Positions 39,776 to 50,694 of a stretch of 64,000 bases of DNA are shown one piece after another. Position numbers and translations under genes: made by a program. The notes beneath the pieces are model-generated. The model had not been told where the DNA came from. It saw only the letters and a program-made list of their open reading frames with translations, and ran no database searches. The stretch comes from Acidobacteriota bacterium (GTDB lineage Bacteria; Acidobacteriota; UBA890; WLXD01): assembly GCA_963666055.2 (NCBI GenBank), contig CAXWPH010000011.1:32001-96000 (forward strand), written 5' to 3'. How positions within the stretch are numbered: the stretch's first letter is position 1; the number at the start of each line of letters is the position of its first letter.

Positions 39776-40347
39776 GTTGGGCCAGCCTCGTCGCCGACGA
39801 TGAACGCGTGCAGCGCATTGGGTCCATGAATCCCCAGCACCAGCTTCTGAACGATGTCGGCGGTTCTCGACGGGCCGCTGATCCAAACCCAGTTGCGCTG
39901 GCCGGCGGCGAACCGCGCCTCGAAGTCCTTGAACGCGGTGGCGATGTCGGGGGCAATGTCGCGCGCCCGCAGCACGGCTATATGTACCCACGGCAGCACG
40001 GTCGCAAGCCCCCAACCGCCGGGGTCGCCGCCGACTAGCAGCGTCCCTGACTCGGCGATCGCCAGCTCGACGCCGGTCAGACCAACGTTCAATTGCGCGG
40101 TGCGCTCACCAGCCTCTCGCACCGGCACCAAGTCGACGCCTCGCGCTCTCAACGCGAGGTAAAGGCCCATCTCGTCGGCGAGCGCGAACGGTTCGTATAG
40201 AAGCGCCGGCGGCGCTGGTTGCGCGCGGACGATGGAGTCGATCGCCTCACCGAGCGCAAAGCCGCTGTTGAGCACTCGCGTCGTACCGCCGAGCGAGTCC
40301 AACGCCCTGCGAAAACGTTCGACATTGGCCTTTACCTGAGACGTCAT
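39772..40347 (-). CDS. lutC: LutC/YkgG (LUD domain) protein
   Basis: AIAESGTL, ISGPSRTADI...LVLGIHGP. Confidence 0.88.
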   Translation of the reverse strand: MTSQVKANVERFRRALDSLGGTTRVLNSGFALGEAIDSIVRAQPAPPALLYEPFALADEMGLYLALRARGVDLVPVREAGERTAQLNVGLTGVELAIAESGTLLVGGDPGGWGLATVLPWVHIAVLRARDIAPDIATAFKDFEARFAAGQRNWVWISGPSRTADIVQKLVLGIHGPNALHAFIVGDEAGPT

Positions 40348-40433
40348 GCGCCTAACATCTATCAACGATGATCGTCCCGTCAAACGCGACGCACCGGGTC
40401 AGCCGAACTGCCACCAATCAGCCTGAGAGCCGC

Positions 40434-41339
40434 ATGAAGATCCTGGTCACTGGAGCGACGGGGTTCGTCGGATCAGCCCTGTGTCGAGAGCTAGCGAATG
40501 CCGGCCACGCCGTTACCGCACTTTCGCGCGACGCCGATGAGGCAAAGCGGCGGCTGCCGATGCTACGCGGCGCCTATGAGTGGGAGCCTTCCGCCGACGC
40601 GGCGCCATCGCGTGCCATCGAGGAAGCTGACGCGATCGTGCACCTGGCCGGCGAGTCGGTGGCGGGTCGCTGGGGTAGAGCGCAGCGCCGAGCAATCTCC
40701 GACAGCCGTGTCATGGGCACGCACAACCTCGTCGAAGGGATGCGATCGGCGGCAGCGCGGCCAGCGGTACTGATAAGCGCCAGCGCCATCGGCTTCTACG
40801 GCGACCGCGGCGACGACCTGCTCACCGAAGCGGACCCAGCCGGGGACGACTTCCTCGCCGGCGTGTGCGCCGCCTGGGAGGCCGCCGCCCGAGAGGGCGA
40901 GGACCTCGGGGTCCGCGTCGCCCGTCTACGCACAGGAATCGTACTCGGCCGCGGCGGCGGCGCGTTGGAGCAGATGCTGCTGCCAGCCAGGCTAGGGATG
41001 AACGGCCCGCTCGGTTCGGGGCGTCAGTGGTGGTCGTGGATCCACATTGACGACGTGCTCGGCATCATCCGTCATTGCCTCGATACCCAGATCCACGGGG
41101 CGCTCAACACCTCGTCACCCGCCCCGGTGCGACAGCAACAGTTTGCCGAGACGCTCGGCGCCGTGCTCCACCGACCCTCTTTCGTGCCCGCCCCAGCACT
41201 GGCGCTGAAGATCGTGCTCGGAGGCTTCTCGGCGGAACTGTTGTCGAGCAAGCGCGTGCTCCCCGCCGCGCTCCAGGACGCCGGCTACGAGTTTCGCTTC
41301 CCGCAGCTGCGTGCCGCGCTCGATGACCTCCTCGGCTAG
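40434..41339 (+). CDS. TIGR01777 family NAD-dependent epimerase/oxidoreductase
   Basis: TGATGFVG, HLAGE, SASAIGFYG, GSGRQWWSWIHIDD. Confidence 0.92.
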   Translation: MKILVTGATGFVGSALCRELANAGHAVTALSRDADEAKRRLPMLRGAYEWEPSADAAPSRAIEEADAIVHLAGESVAGRWGRAQRRAISDSRVMGTHNLVEGMRSAAARPAVLISASAIGFYGDRGDDLLTEADPAGDDFLAGVCAAWEAAAREGEDLGVRVARLRTGIVLGRGGGALEQMLLPARLGMNGPLGSGRQWWSWIHIDDVLGIIRHCLDTQIHGALNTSSPAPVRQQQFAETLGAVLHRPSFVPAPALALKIVLGGFSAELLSSKRVLPAALQDAGYEFRFPQLRAALDDLLG

Positions 41340-41440
41340 CAGGTGAGTAGCGCTGGCCGCCAAGAAAAAAGGGCTTCGGAGCGACCTGGCAGCAGTCGTA
41401 CCCTCAAGGGCGACACATTCACCGGCCGGCCGGAGGATCC

Positions 41441-42931
<1,491 letters not shown>

Positions 42932-42945
42932 CAACTGACCCCAGC

Positions 42946-42988
42946 TCGCCGTAACCAGGCCCGCCACACTCTTACCACGGCCTGCTAG
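42946..42988 (-). repeat. CTAG-family intergenic repeat, full copy
   Basis: Reverse complement CTAGCAGGCCGTGGTAAGAGTGTGGCGGGCCTGGTTACGGCGA. Confidence 0.75.
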
Positions 42989-43150
42989 CTGGCCCGTACT
43001 CTACAATCGCTACAGTTGCCTGCAGCGGCCTGGCAGGCACGATCCCGCTCGAACTCGCATAGCCGAGCGCACGATCTGCGTTCAAACCCCATGACCGTCC
43101 CGAGTATCTAAGACCGTGAACGCCACGCGAGCACGTACTCGGGACATGTC

Positions 43151-43711
43151 ATGCAGGCAATCACCGAAAGACCGGCCGCGATGACAAGTCGCCCCGCAAA
43201 CGCGCTGGTCGATCGCGCCGCCAGCGGCGACAATGCAGCATTCGAGCAGCTATACCGCGAGCACAACGGCCGTATCTACGCCCTCTGCCTTCGCATGACG
43301 GGGAGGCCTGCTGAAGCTGAGGAGCTTACCCAACAGGCTTTCATCCGCGCCTGGGAGAAGCTCCATACGTTCCGTGGCGACGCGAGCTTCTCCACTTGGA
43401 TGCATCGGCTGGCAGCCAACGTGGTGCTCAGCCACAGACGAAGCGAGATGCGCCATCGAGCGCGTACGGTTGTGCAGGAGGATCTTTCCTTCCATGCCGA
43501 CCTCTCGGATCGCACCAACCGGGGCCCCGCGGTCGACCTGGAAGAGGCCATAGCAGCCCTACCCGAAGGCGCCCGCACGATCTTTGTGCTCTTCGACATC
43601 GAAGGCTACAGACACGACGAAATCGCCCAGCTCACCGGTGTTGCCTCCGGAACTTCGAAGGCACAGCTCCACCGAGCCCGGAGGCTGCTGCGGGAGGCGT
43701 TGAACAAATGA
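43151..43711 (+). CDS. ECF sigma factor
   Basis: AEELTQQAFIRAW, FSTWMHRLAAN, region 4 GTSKAQLHRAR. Confidence 0.93.
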   Translation: MQAITERPAAMTSRPANALVDRAASGDNAAFEQLYREHNGRIYALCLRMTGRPAEAEELTQQAFIRAWEKLHTFRGDASFSTWMHRLAANVVLSHRRSEMRHRARTVVQEDLSFHADLSDRTNRGPAVDLEEAIAALPEGARTIFVLFDIEGYRHDEIAQLTGVASGTSKAQLHRARRLLREALNK

Positions 43712-44403
43712 ACGAAGACGAAGCAATCCGCTGCCTGGACGACCTCATCGACGGAACGCTCTCGGATGAGAAGCGGACCCGGTTGGAACAGCTGCTCGTG
43801 TGCTCGCCCGATCTGCGCGCCGAGCTCAGCCGCGTGCGCCAGCTGCAAGCGCGGACGGCCGACTTGCGGCGTGAGATCGCACCCGCCACCGACTTGTGGC
43901 CGGGGATCGCCGCCGGTATCGAGAAGCGCAAGGTGGTTCATCCGCGATTCGGTGCGCCTCGAGACAACGCCCGGATCCCCGAGTGGGCGATCGTCAACTG
44001 GCACCGCGTCGGCTCGATCGCGGCTGCCGCGATGCTGCTGGTCGCAGTATCTTCGGGCATTACTGCGTACTTGGTGCGCGCGCCGCTGGCATTCGACGAA
44101 TCGGCCGCCACGGTTGTGCCATCCGAAGACTTCGTCACCGTCGCCTGGGAGGGGTTCGAGGCCGCCGAGCGCAGCTATCTAGAGATCACCGACGAGCTCC
44201 TGCGGGCGCTCGACGAGCACCGGTCGGACCTGTCGCCGGAGACCATACGCATCGTCGAAGAGAGCCTGCGCTCGATTGAGCGAGCGATTGCCACCGCGCG
44301 CGCAGCGCTGCAGCGCGACCCGGCGAACGCCGGGCTGCTCATCCAGCTAACCGATATGTACCGCAAGCGAGTGACCTTCCTGCGGGAGATCAGTCGTCTC
44401 TAA
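43708..44403 (+). CDS. Transmembrane anti-sigma factor with degenerate zf-HC2
   Basis: ATGA overlap with the sigma gene, LDDLIDGTLS, PATDLWPGI, one TM, helical C-terminus. Confidence 0.8.
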   Translation: MNEDEAIRCLDDLIDGTLSDEKRTRLEQLLVCSPDLRAELSRVRQLQARTADLRREIAPATDLWPGIAAGIEKRKVVHPRFGAPRDNARIPEWAIVNWHRVGSIAAAAMLLVAVSSGITAYLVRAPLAFDESAATVVPSEDFVTVAWEGFEAAERSYLEITDELLRALDEHRSDLSPETIRIVEESLRSIERAIATARAALQRDPANAGLLIQLTDMYRKRVTFLREISRL

Positions 44404-44409
44404 CGAGGA

Positions 44410-45294
44410 GTGACCACGATGAAACTACGCATGAGCTTCTGCCGCGTATCCGAACACAGCGCTCTATTACTGCTGTTCTCCACTCTCGTCATCGGACTCT
44501 CCTTGCCAGGCACCGCCCTGGCGCAGAGCCAAATCGAAGACCGGCGTGCGGTGGCTTCCGACGTGTGGATCGAGATCGACGAGATCATCGTGGGCGATAT
44601 CCGTGTCGTCGGGTGGGAAAATGACGAACTGCTGGTCACCGGCACCATTGGCGCCGACGTCGACGAGTTCGTCATAGAAGGCGGCCCGGAGTCGGTGGAG
44701 ATCTACGCCGAATGGGACGAATGGGACGAATGGGACGAAGACGGCGAGAACGAGGATCGCCGGCGACGCTGGCGTGGTCGCGGCCACCACGACGTTGACG
44801 TCATCCTCGAGATCCGCGTGCCGCACGGTGCCAGACTCGAGATCAACGGCGTAACCACCTCCGTACACGTCGAACAGGTTCACGGATCTATTGAAATCGA
44901 GACCGTCACGGGAACGATCGAGTACTCCGGCAATGCCACGGTGCTCGAATTGGCTAGCGTGACCGGCTCGATCGTCGCCAAGACATCGTCGCTGATGGAA
45001 GGCAGTTTCGAGACCGTCAACGGTGAGATTTACTTCGAGGGCGCCGTCGCCCCGGGAGCCGAGCTCGATTTCGAGGCGGTGAACGGCAGCGTCGAGTTGT
45101 TGCTTCCCGCCGACGTGTCGGCGAACTTCCATGTTGAGACGATGATGGGCGAGATCGTTAACGACTTCGGCGAGCAACCGCGCCGGACCAGCCGCTGGGT
45201 ACCTTCGCAGGAGCTGTCGTTCCGCACTGGCGGCGGCGACGCGGACATCAATATCGAGACCCTTCAGGGAGCCGTGCGGATCCGGCGACACTAA
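44410..45294 (+). CDS. DUF4097 family beta-strand repeat protein
   Basis: Signal peptide, repeated ETVxG strands, follows the ECF pair. Contains a 9-bp x3 tandem repeat (EWD). Confidence 0.82.
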   Translation: MTTMKLRMSFCRVSEHSALLLLFSTLVIGLSLPGTALAQSQIEDRRAVASDVWIEIDEIIVGDIRVVGWENDELLVTGTIGADVDEFVIEGGPESVEIYAEWDEWDEWDEDGENEDRRRRWRGRGHHDVDVILEIRVPHGARLEINGVTTSVHVEQVHGSIEIETVTGTIEYSGNATVLELASVTGSIVAKTSSLMEGSFETVNGEIYFEGAVAPGAELDFEAVNGSVELLLPADVSANFHVETMMGEIVNDFGEQPRRTSRWVPSQELSFRTGGGDADINIETLQGAVRIRRH

Positions 45295-45336
45295 CAGGGC
45301 GGCGGGGGTGGCGCCCGGCCGCGCTGCTACGCTACG

Positions 45337-47901
45337 TCACGCAGCGGCCGAGCCCATGACGCTGCCGTGGTCGCGAAACACACGCACCCGACGCAGCAAC
45401 ATGTTCGCCAGGTAGAGCAGCAGCGCCAACGCGGCCAACGCCGGCCACAAGCGCAACGGCCGGGTAACGGTCTGATCGCCCGCATCGAACAACTCGTCCA
45501 GTGCCGGGTCATACACACCGCCGGTCGCGGTGGCAAGATTGCGTAACGCTTCCTCGTCGGCCGGACGGTAGCGAAGCTCCTCGCTTACCACCGGCACCAA
45601 GGTGCGCTCGATATCGTCCCCACGATCCGACCAGCGGAAGCTTGCTTGGCTGTCGGGCGACAAAGGCAAGTGCGCCTCGTAGCGTCCCGGTGCGACCTGC
45701 GCCAGCTCGATCTCTGACTCGTCATCTCCGAGAGTGGCGGTCACGCTGGGGCGCAGAGCATTTCGATAACGGCCGGAATCGTCCACGAGCTCGAGGCGTA
45801 TTCGGGCGCCGGTCTGATCGCGGACGACAGTAAAGCTCGGAAGCTTGAAGGCGTCCTGCCGCATCGCTTCGCGCACCAGCTGCACCCAGAACTTGCCGTA
45901 CCCGTCCCACTCCAGCCAGGGCGCCGACCAGCGGTTCTTGACGTCGGCGGCGAAGAACACGGCGCGACCGAGACCGTACTGCCAGCGCACCAATATCGGA
46001 TCGCCCTCGTCGCCGGTGTCGAGAACGACTTCGGCGTTGTCCTTCGCCATCGTGCGTACGTAGCCCAGCAGTGCCGGCGCGGTGTCCATCTCGAGCCCTG
46101 CCAGCGCTTCAATGGGCTTGCGCACCTCGGGTCGCACCTCGCCGTCCTCCTCGAGCGTAATGCCCTGCGCCTTCTGCGTCTCTTCGACGAAGATCTCGGG
46201 TACTCGACTCGGGTCCTCGATGAAATAGCTACGCCCATCACCCCATCTGGCGATGTTGCCGAGCAGTTCGCGGTCGGCCTTACCGCCGACCGCCACCGTC
46301 GAGACAGTAATCTCATGCTCGGTCATCTCGGTTACTAGGCCCTCGTAGTCATCCTCGTAGGTCTTGCCATCGGATAGCAAGATGACGTGTTTGACCTCGG
46401 CCTCGGTCTGCTGCAGCGACAGGAACACGTCCTGCAATGCCGGGTAGATATTGGTCGGTGAGCTCGCTTCGATCGCCGAGATGCGCTCGCGCAGGCGTGC
46501 CTTGCCGCTCGCGAGTTGGATCGGCACCGGCCAATAAAAGTGATAGTCGAATGCCAGCAAGCCGAATTGCTGGTCGTCTTCGAGTAGGTCGAGGGCAGCC
46601 TTCGACGCCTCCTTGGCGAGCGCCATCTTGTCGCCGACCATGCTGTATGACTTGTCTAGCGCGATCACCAGGGCGAGGTCCTTGGGTTTACGCTCGGCTT
46701 TGAACCAGATCGGCATGGCGCGCTCGATCGGCGTGTCCGCATAGCCGTCTTCGCCGTACACGGATTCGCCGCCGGCCAGCAGCAGGCCGCCACCGTAGTC
46801 GGACACGTAGGCCTCGATGGCGTTCATTGCTGGAACGCTGAGCAGCCGAGGATCGACGTCGCTCAAGATCACGGCGGCGTAGGGCTCGAAGCGCCGACTG
46901 TCAGTGGGTAGGTTCCAGGGAAGGCCGACATCGACCTCGAAGCCACCTTCCAGGAGCGCATCGCGCAGGTAGTCGACAGTGCCAACGCGTCCTTCCACAT
47001 ACAACAGTCGCGAGCGTTCGACGACGTGGAGTGCGATCTGGACGAGGTTGTTCCGTGGCTCCGGGTCCCCCTCTATCTGAAGCAGGACATCGATTATCGC
47101 CGGGCCCCCGTCCTCGAGCACCGGACGCAACTGCACGGTCGTCGCACCCGGCAACAGCTGCACCGTTTCAGAGGTCAGCAGGCGGCGCTCCTGGGCCACG
47201 ATGAGCGATCCTTCGACCGCCACCTGCGCGTACAACTCGACGCGCAGCGCAAACGGCAAGCCGGCGGTGACGGTGTCGTCAGAATCGACGCTGTCGATCC
47301 AGGCATCGGCGCGATCCCGCGCTGCCGTCGTACGCGTGTAGGTTCGCACCCCGTCGAGGCGCAGCCGGTCCACGGCACGATCGAAGTCACCGCGGTTGCC
47401 GTGGCCGTCGGTCAACAGCACCAAGCGAGCTACATAGTACGGGGGCAACGCCGCCAAGCCGCGCTCGATCGCGGACGCCAGGTCGGTGGCCGATCGGTCG
47501 ACGGCACCGAGCACGGAGCCATCCGCAACGCGGACCTCACGGAGTCCAGCAGCGTCGTCGGCCTCCACGGCGTTGGCGCCAAAGGCGAAGAAGCCGGAAG
47601 TATCTGCCTCGCCGCGCTCGACCGCCTCCTGCACCCAGGTGATGGCTTCGTCGACCGCCAGCGGCTTGACGCTATGCGACACGTCGAGCAAGTAAACGAC
47701 CGAGAGCCAGGAACCCGAACGGTGCAACACCGGTTGGCTCATCGCCAGAATCACCAGCGCCAGTGCCACCCCCCGGAGCAGCAGCATCAAGTCGAGCTGA
47801 CGCGGGTGGAACTCGATGATGGTGTGCCTCCGCACCCACCACAGGCCGGCTATCCCGGGAAGCAACAACAACGGCCACGTCTGTTCGAAGGTGATCTGCA
47901 T
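45337..47901 (-). CDS. VWA domain / glutamine-amidotransferase-like membrane protein
   Basis: BatA-like N-terminus, MIDAS DVSHS and DKSYS, LLTDG/LLSDG, WQYGLGR, C-terminal TM. Confidence 0.88.
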   Translation of the reverse strand: MQITFEQTWPLLLLPGIAGLWWVRRHTIIEFHPRQLDLMLLLRGVALALVILAMSQPVLHRSGSWLSVVYLLDVSHSVKPLAVDEAITWVQEAVERGEADTSGFFAFGANAVEADDAAGLREVRVADGSVLGAVDRSATDLASAIERGLAALPPYYVARLVLLTDGHGNRGDFDRAVDRLRLDGVRTYTRTTAARDRADAWIDSVDSDDTVTAGLPFALRVELYAQVAVEGSLIVAQERRLLTSETVQLLPGATTVQLRPVLEDGGPAIIDVLLQIEGDPEPRNNLVQIALHVVERSRLLYVEGRVGTVDYLRDALLEGGFEVDVGLPWNLPTDSRRFEPYAAVILSDVDPRLLSVPAMNAIEAYVSDYGGGLLLAGGESVYGEDGYADTPIERAMPIWFKAERKPKDLALVIALDKSYSMVGDKMALAKEASKAALDLLEDDQQFGLLAFDYHFYWPVPIQLASGKARLRERISAIEASSPTNIYPALQDVFLSLQQTEAEVKHVILLSDGKTYEDDYEGLVTEMTEHEITVSTVAVGGKADRELLGNIARWGDGRSYFIEDPSRVPEIFVEETQKAQGITLEEDGEVRPEVRKPIEALAGLEMDTAPALLGYVRTMAKDNAEVVLDTGDEGDPILVRWQYGLGRAVFFAADVKNRWSAPWLEWDGYGKFWVQLVREAMRQDAFKLPSFTVVRDQTGARIRLELVDDSGRYRNALRPSVTATLGDDESEIELAQVAPGRYEAHLPLSPDSQASFRWSDRGDDIERTLVPVVSEELRYRPADEEALRNLATATGGVYDPALDELFDAGDQTVTRPLRLWPALAALALLLYLANMLLRRVRVFRDHGSVMGSAAA

Positions 47902-47907
47902 CGACTG

Positions 47908-47928
47908 ACTTCCGCCACGACCTGCTAG
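47908..47928 (-). repeat. CTAG-family repeat, half copy overlapping a stop codon
   Basis: Minus strand CTAGCAGGTCGTGGCGGAAGT; its TAG is the stop of the upstream gene. Confidence 0.55.
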
Positions 47929-49745
47929 ACGGTGATCCTCCGGTGATAGGTCAGCGCTTCGAGCGCCAGTAGTGCCGCCGCCAACGCCAGCAGCGTCGGC
48001 CACAGGCGCCGCGCCATTGCCGGCACCTCGAGATTCTCGTCTCCCTCTTCCAGGGCGCTCCGGTTGATCGCCGACGTTGCCCGACCACCGGCGCCTACCG
48101 AGATCGGTACGCGGCCTTGAGCGCTCGTGGCCATGAAGAGCCCCGGGCGCAAGGCGGTGAAGTAGCTTCGCTCACCGGACCGGCGCACCGCCACCGGCTC
48201 GTTTGACAGAACATCGACGACGGTCACTCCGACCTCCGTCAACACGACGTCTCCGAGCTCAGCGGTGCGGGTCGAGAGATGCGGCCGGAACCATCGCAGC
48301 ACATTGCTGACGAAAATCGGGAAGCCGAGGCTCTGTTCGAAGTCGGAGTCACCAAGCGCGAACGTGATTACGATCCACGGTGCGATCTCGCTTCGACCAC
48401 TGAGGATCAGCGGCACGCTGGCATCGCCCGCGAGCATCGTCGCGCTGCCCAGATCGACGCGCACGGCGCGCTCGACTTTGACGTCGTGTAGGTCGACGAA
48501 TTGCATGATGGTGGACGCCGAATCGGTCGTCGTAACGACGAGGTCGCGCGCCGCCCCTCGTGGCTGCGGCAACCAGCTGACTTCGTCGGGCGCAAAAAGC
48601 ACCGCCGGAGTCGGTGGCGGCTCGCCAGGAGCGTAGCCTTCGAAGATGAATCCGTCGAAAGCTGGCGGCTGGGCGGCAGCCTGCGACATTCCTCCAACCC
48701 CGCCGGTACTCAGACCAATCCTCCAATCCTCGTACTGGGCCGGCGTCATCGCGGTCAGCTCAAGGTGGGGCAGCTCCAGAAGCAGCTCCGATAGCGACGA
48801 GGGCTGCTGGCTGACCATAGCGATCCGCTGCGCACGCTGTTCGGCGACGAACACGTAGGCGCTGTCGTCGAGGTCGAGCGCGTCGCCCTCGGTACGCACC
48901 TCGGCCTCCAGAACGCCGCCCTGTAGTGGGGTCAGATCGAAAGTGTTTCGATACAGCTCATCCGGCTGCAGCGCGACGCTGCGCCGAAACTGCACGCCGC
49001 CGGAATCGCGCAGCACGATGGTCGTTTCCTGCGTCTCGGTGGAGAAGTTGCCCACCTCCAGAAACGCCTCGGACCGATACGGGTCCGATGGCCAGGGGCG
49101 GACCTCGAAAGAAGTCACGCCCACGTTCACGGCGGGCTCGTAGACCGGAGCGACACGGTAGTCCGGCGGCAGGGGCGGCAAGCCGACGCCATCGGTGACC
49201 ACCCAGGTCTCGGTGTCAGGCTCCGGATCGGGCAGCAGGAACCGCCAACCGACCGCTCGCAGGTCGACGAGGGCCGCGCCCACCGCTCGCCGATCCCGGG
49301 TTCGCGCCGCAATCAGCCGGCCATCGGTGTCGTAGACCGTGAAGCTGTCGGCTCCCGAGCCGCCTCCCAGCAACTCGGCGGCGCGGTCGAGCGCCGCCTG
49401 CAGGCGCGACCGCCCATCACTCATCTGCGCCGCCATGTGCGGCCGGATGTCGATCACCAGCCGGATGTCTCGCGGTGTGCGGCCGGCACCGCCGAGCTCC
49501 GCCTGGGAGAACACCATGACCAGCGACAAACCGATGGCGAGCGCAATCAGCAACGAGATCAGCCGCCTCAGCAGCTCCATCCACGAGCGCCGCTTACGTC
49601 TCTCTAGTACGCGCTCCCAAAGGAACGATGACGAGACCACAACACGGCGATGCTGAATCCGCAGAAAGAAGATCACCACGATCGCAATCGCGGTCGCCGC
49701 CAGCAGCACCCAGGCCTGCCACTGCGCCAGCGCCAGGAACGTCAT
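47925..49745 (-). CDS. BatA/VWA domain membrane protein
   Basis: VSSSFLW BatA motif, VWA-like domain (VVTDG), NVGV, C-terminal TM. Confidence 0.85.
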   Translation of the reverse strand: MTFLALAQWQAWVLLAATAIAIVVIFFLRIQHRRVVVSSSFLWERVLERRKRRSWMELLRRLISLLIALAIGLSLVMVFSQAELGGAGRTPRDIRLVIDIRPHMAAQMSDGRSRLQAALDRAAELLGGGSGADSFTVYDTDGRLIAARTRDRRAVGAALVDLRAVGWRFLLPDPEPDTETWVVTDGVGLPPLPPDYRVAPVYEPAVNVGVTSFEVRPWPSDPYRSEAFLEVGNFSTETQETTIVLRDSGGVQFRRSVALQPDELYRNTFDLTPLQGGVLEAEVRTEGDALDLDDSAYVFVAEQRAQRIAMVSQQPSSLSELLLELPHLELTAMTPAQYEDWRIGLSTGGVGGMSQAAAQPPAFDGFIFEGYAPGEPPPTPAVLFAPDEVSWLPQPRGAARDLVVTTTDSASTIMQFVDLHDVKVERAVRVDLGSATMLAGDASVPLILSGRSEIAPWIVITFALGDSDFEQSLGFPIFVSNVLRWFRPHLSTRTAELGDVVLTEVGVTVVDVLSNEPVAVRRSGERSYFTALRPGLFMATSAQGRVPISVGAGGRATSAINRSALEEGDENLEVPAMARRLWPTLLALAAALLALEALTYHRRITV

Positions 49746-49752
49746 CGCGCCC

Positions 49753-50670
49753 TCACGAGAGGAACCTTCCCTGTCGCATTACCTGCAAGATAAGTTCCTC
49801 GAAGGGGAACTCGGTGAGCGTGCGCACATAGCTGAAACCGTACAGGGTGCAGTACCGCTCCAGCTCGTCACAGTAGCGATCGTACTCCTGTGCGTAGGCC
49901 TGCAGCAGGTTCGGCGTGACGGTAACGTCCTGAGGCTGGCGCGTCTCCGAATCGATCAGCGTGACCTCGCCATTCAGGCTGGGCGACATGTCCTGCGGGC
50001 TGGCGACGTGCACAGCGAGCAGATCCTGGCGACGATACCGGACGATGTCGAACGCTTTGGTGGCGCCATTGGGGTCGAAGAAGTCGGAGATCGCCACCGT
50101 CATGCCGCGACGGCGCTTGGCAGTAAAGAATCGGTGGAACGCCCTACCGGCATTGGTCTCGTGGCTGGCTCGCACGCGCGCCAGAAACCGCAGGATGTTG
50201 AAGATCTGGCCCTTGCTGCGCTGCGCTGGCAACTCCTCGATAATCCCCTCGGCATAGACCACCAGGTTGACGCGATCCAGGTTCGAAAGGCCGATGTACG
50301 CCAGCGCCGCAGCCACCTTCTTCGCATAGTCGAGCTTCTTGCCACCATCGGTTCCCATCGACTGGCTAGCGTCGACGAACAGGTAGATGGGAAGGTCGGT
50401 CTCCTCTTCGTACAATCTCAGGATCAGGCGACCGAGCCGCATGTAGGCGCGCCAATCGACGGCGCGGAAGTCGTCTCCCGGGACGTAGCCACGAAAGTCG
50501 GCAAACTCCACGCCGGCACCCACCTTGCGGGCGCGACGCTCTGCCTTGAACTGCCCCGAAAGCAGCCGCTTGGAGACCACGCTGAGTAGCTCGAGCTTGC
50601 GTAAGAACTCCTCGTCGAACGGCCCCAGGCCGCCCTCGCTCAGCGGCTCAGCATTCGCGGCACTCAGCAG
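49753..50670 (-). CDS. DUF58 protein (start codon unclear)
   Basis: GVEFADFRGYVPGDDFRAVDW, DASQSM, ISDF. The conserved FDEEFLRKLE lies upstream of the first GTG (50580). Confidence 0.88.
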   Translation of the reverse strand: MLSAANAEPLSEGGLGPFDEEFLRKLELLSVVSKRLLSGQFKAERRARKVGAGVEFADFRGYVPGDDFRAVDWRAYMRLGRLILRLYEEETDLPIYLFVDASQSMGTDGGKKLDYAKKVAAALAYIGLSNLDRVNLVVYAEGIIEELPAQRSKGQIFNILRFLARVRASHETNAGRAFHRFFTAKRRRGMTVAISDFFDPNGATKAFDIVRYRRQDLLAVHVASPQDMSPSLNGEVTLIDSETRQPQDVTVTPNLLQAYAQEYDRYCDELERYCTLYGFSYVRTLTEFPFEELILQVMRQGRFLS

Positions 50671-50694
50671 CCTGCTCGGGTGATCACGGGAATT

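Noticed and set aside
44710-44739. GAATGGGAC x3 tandem repeat as a contingency locus
   Set aside because: The 9-bp unit preserves the frame and lies in a variable acidic loop of the DUF4097 protein.
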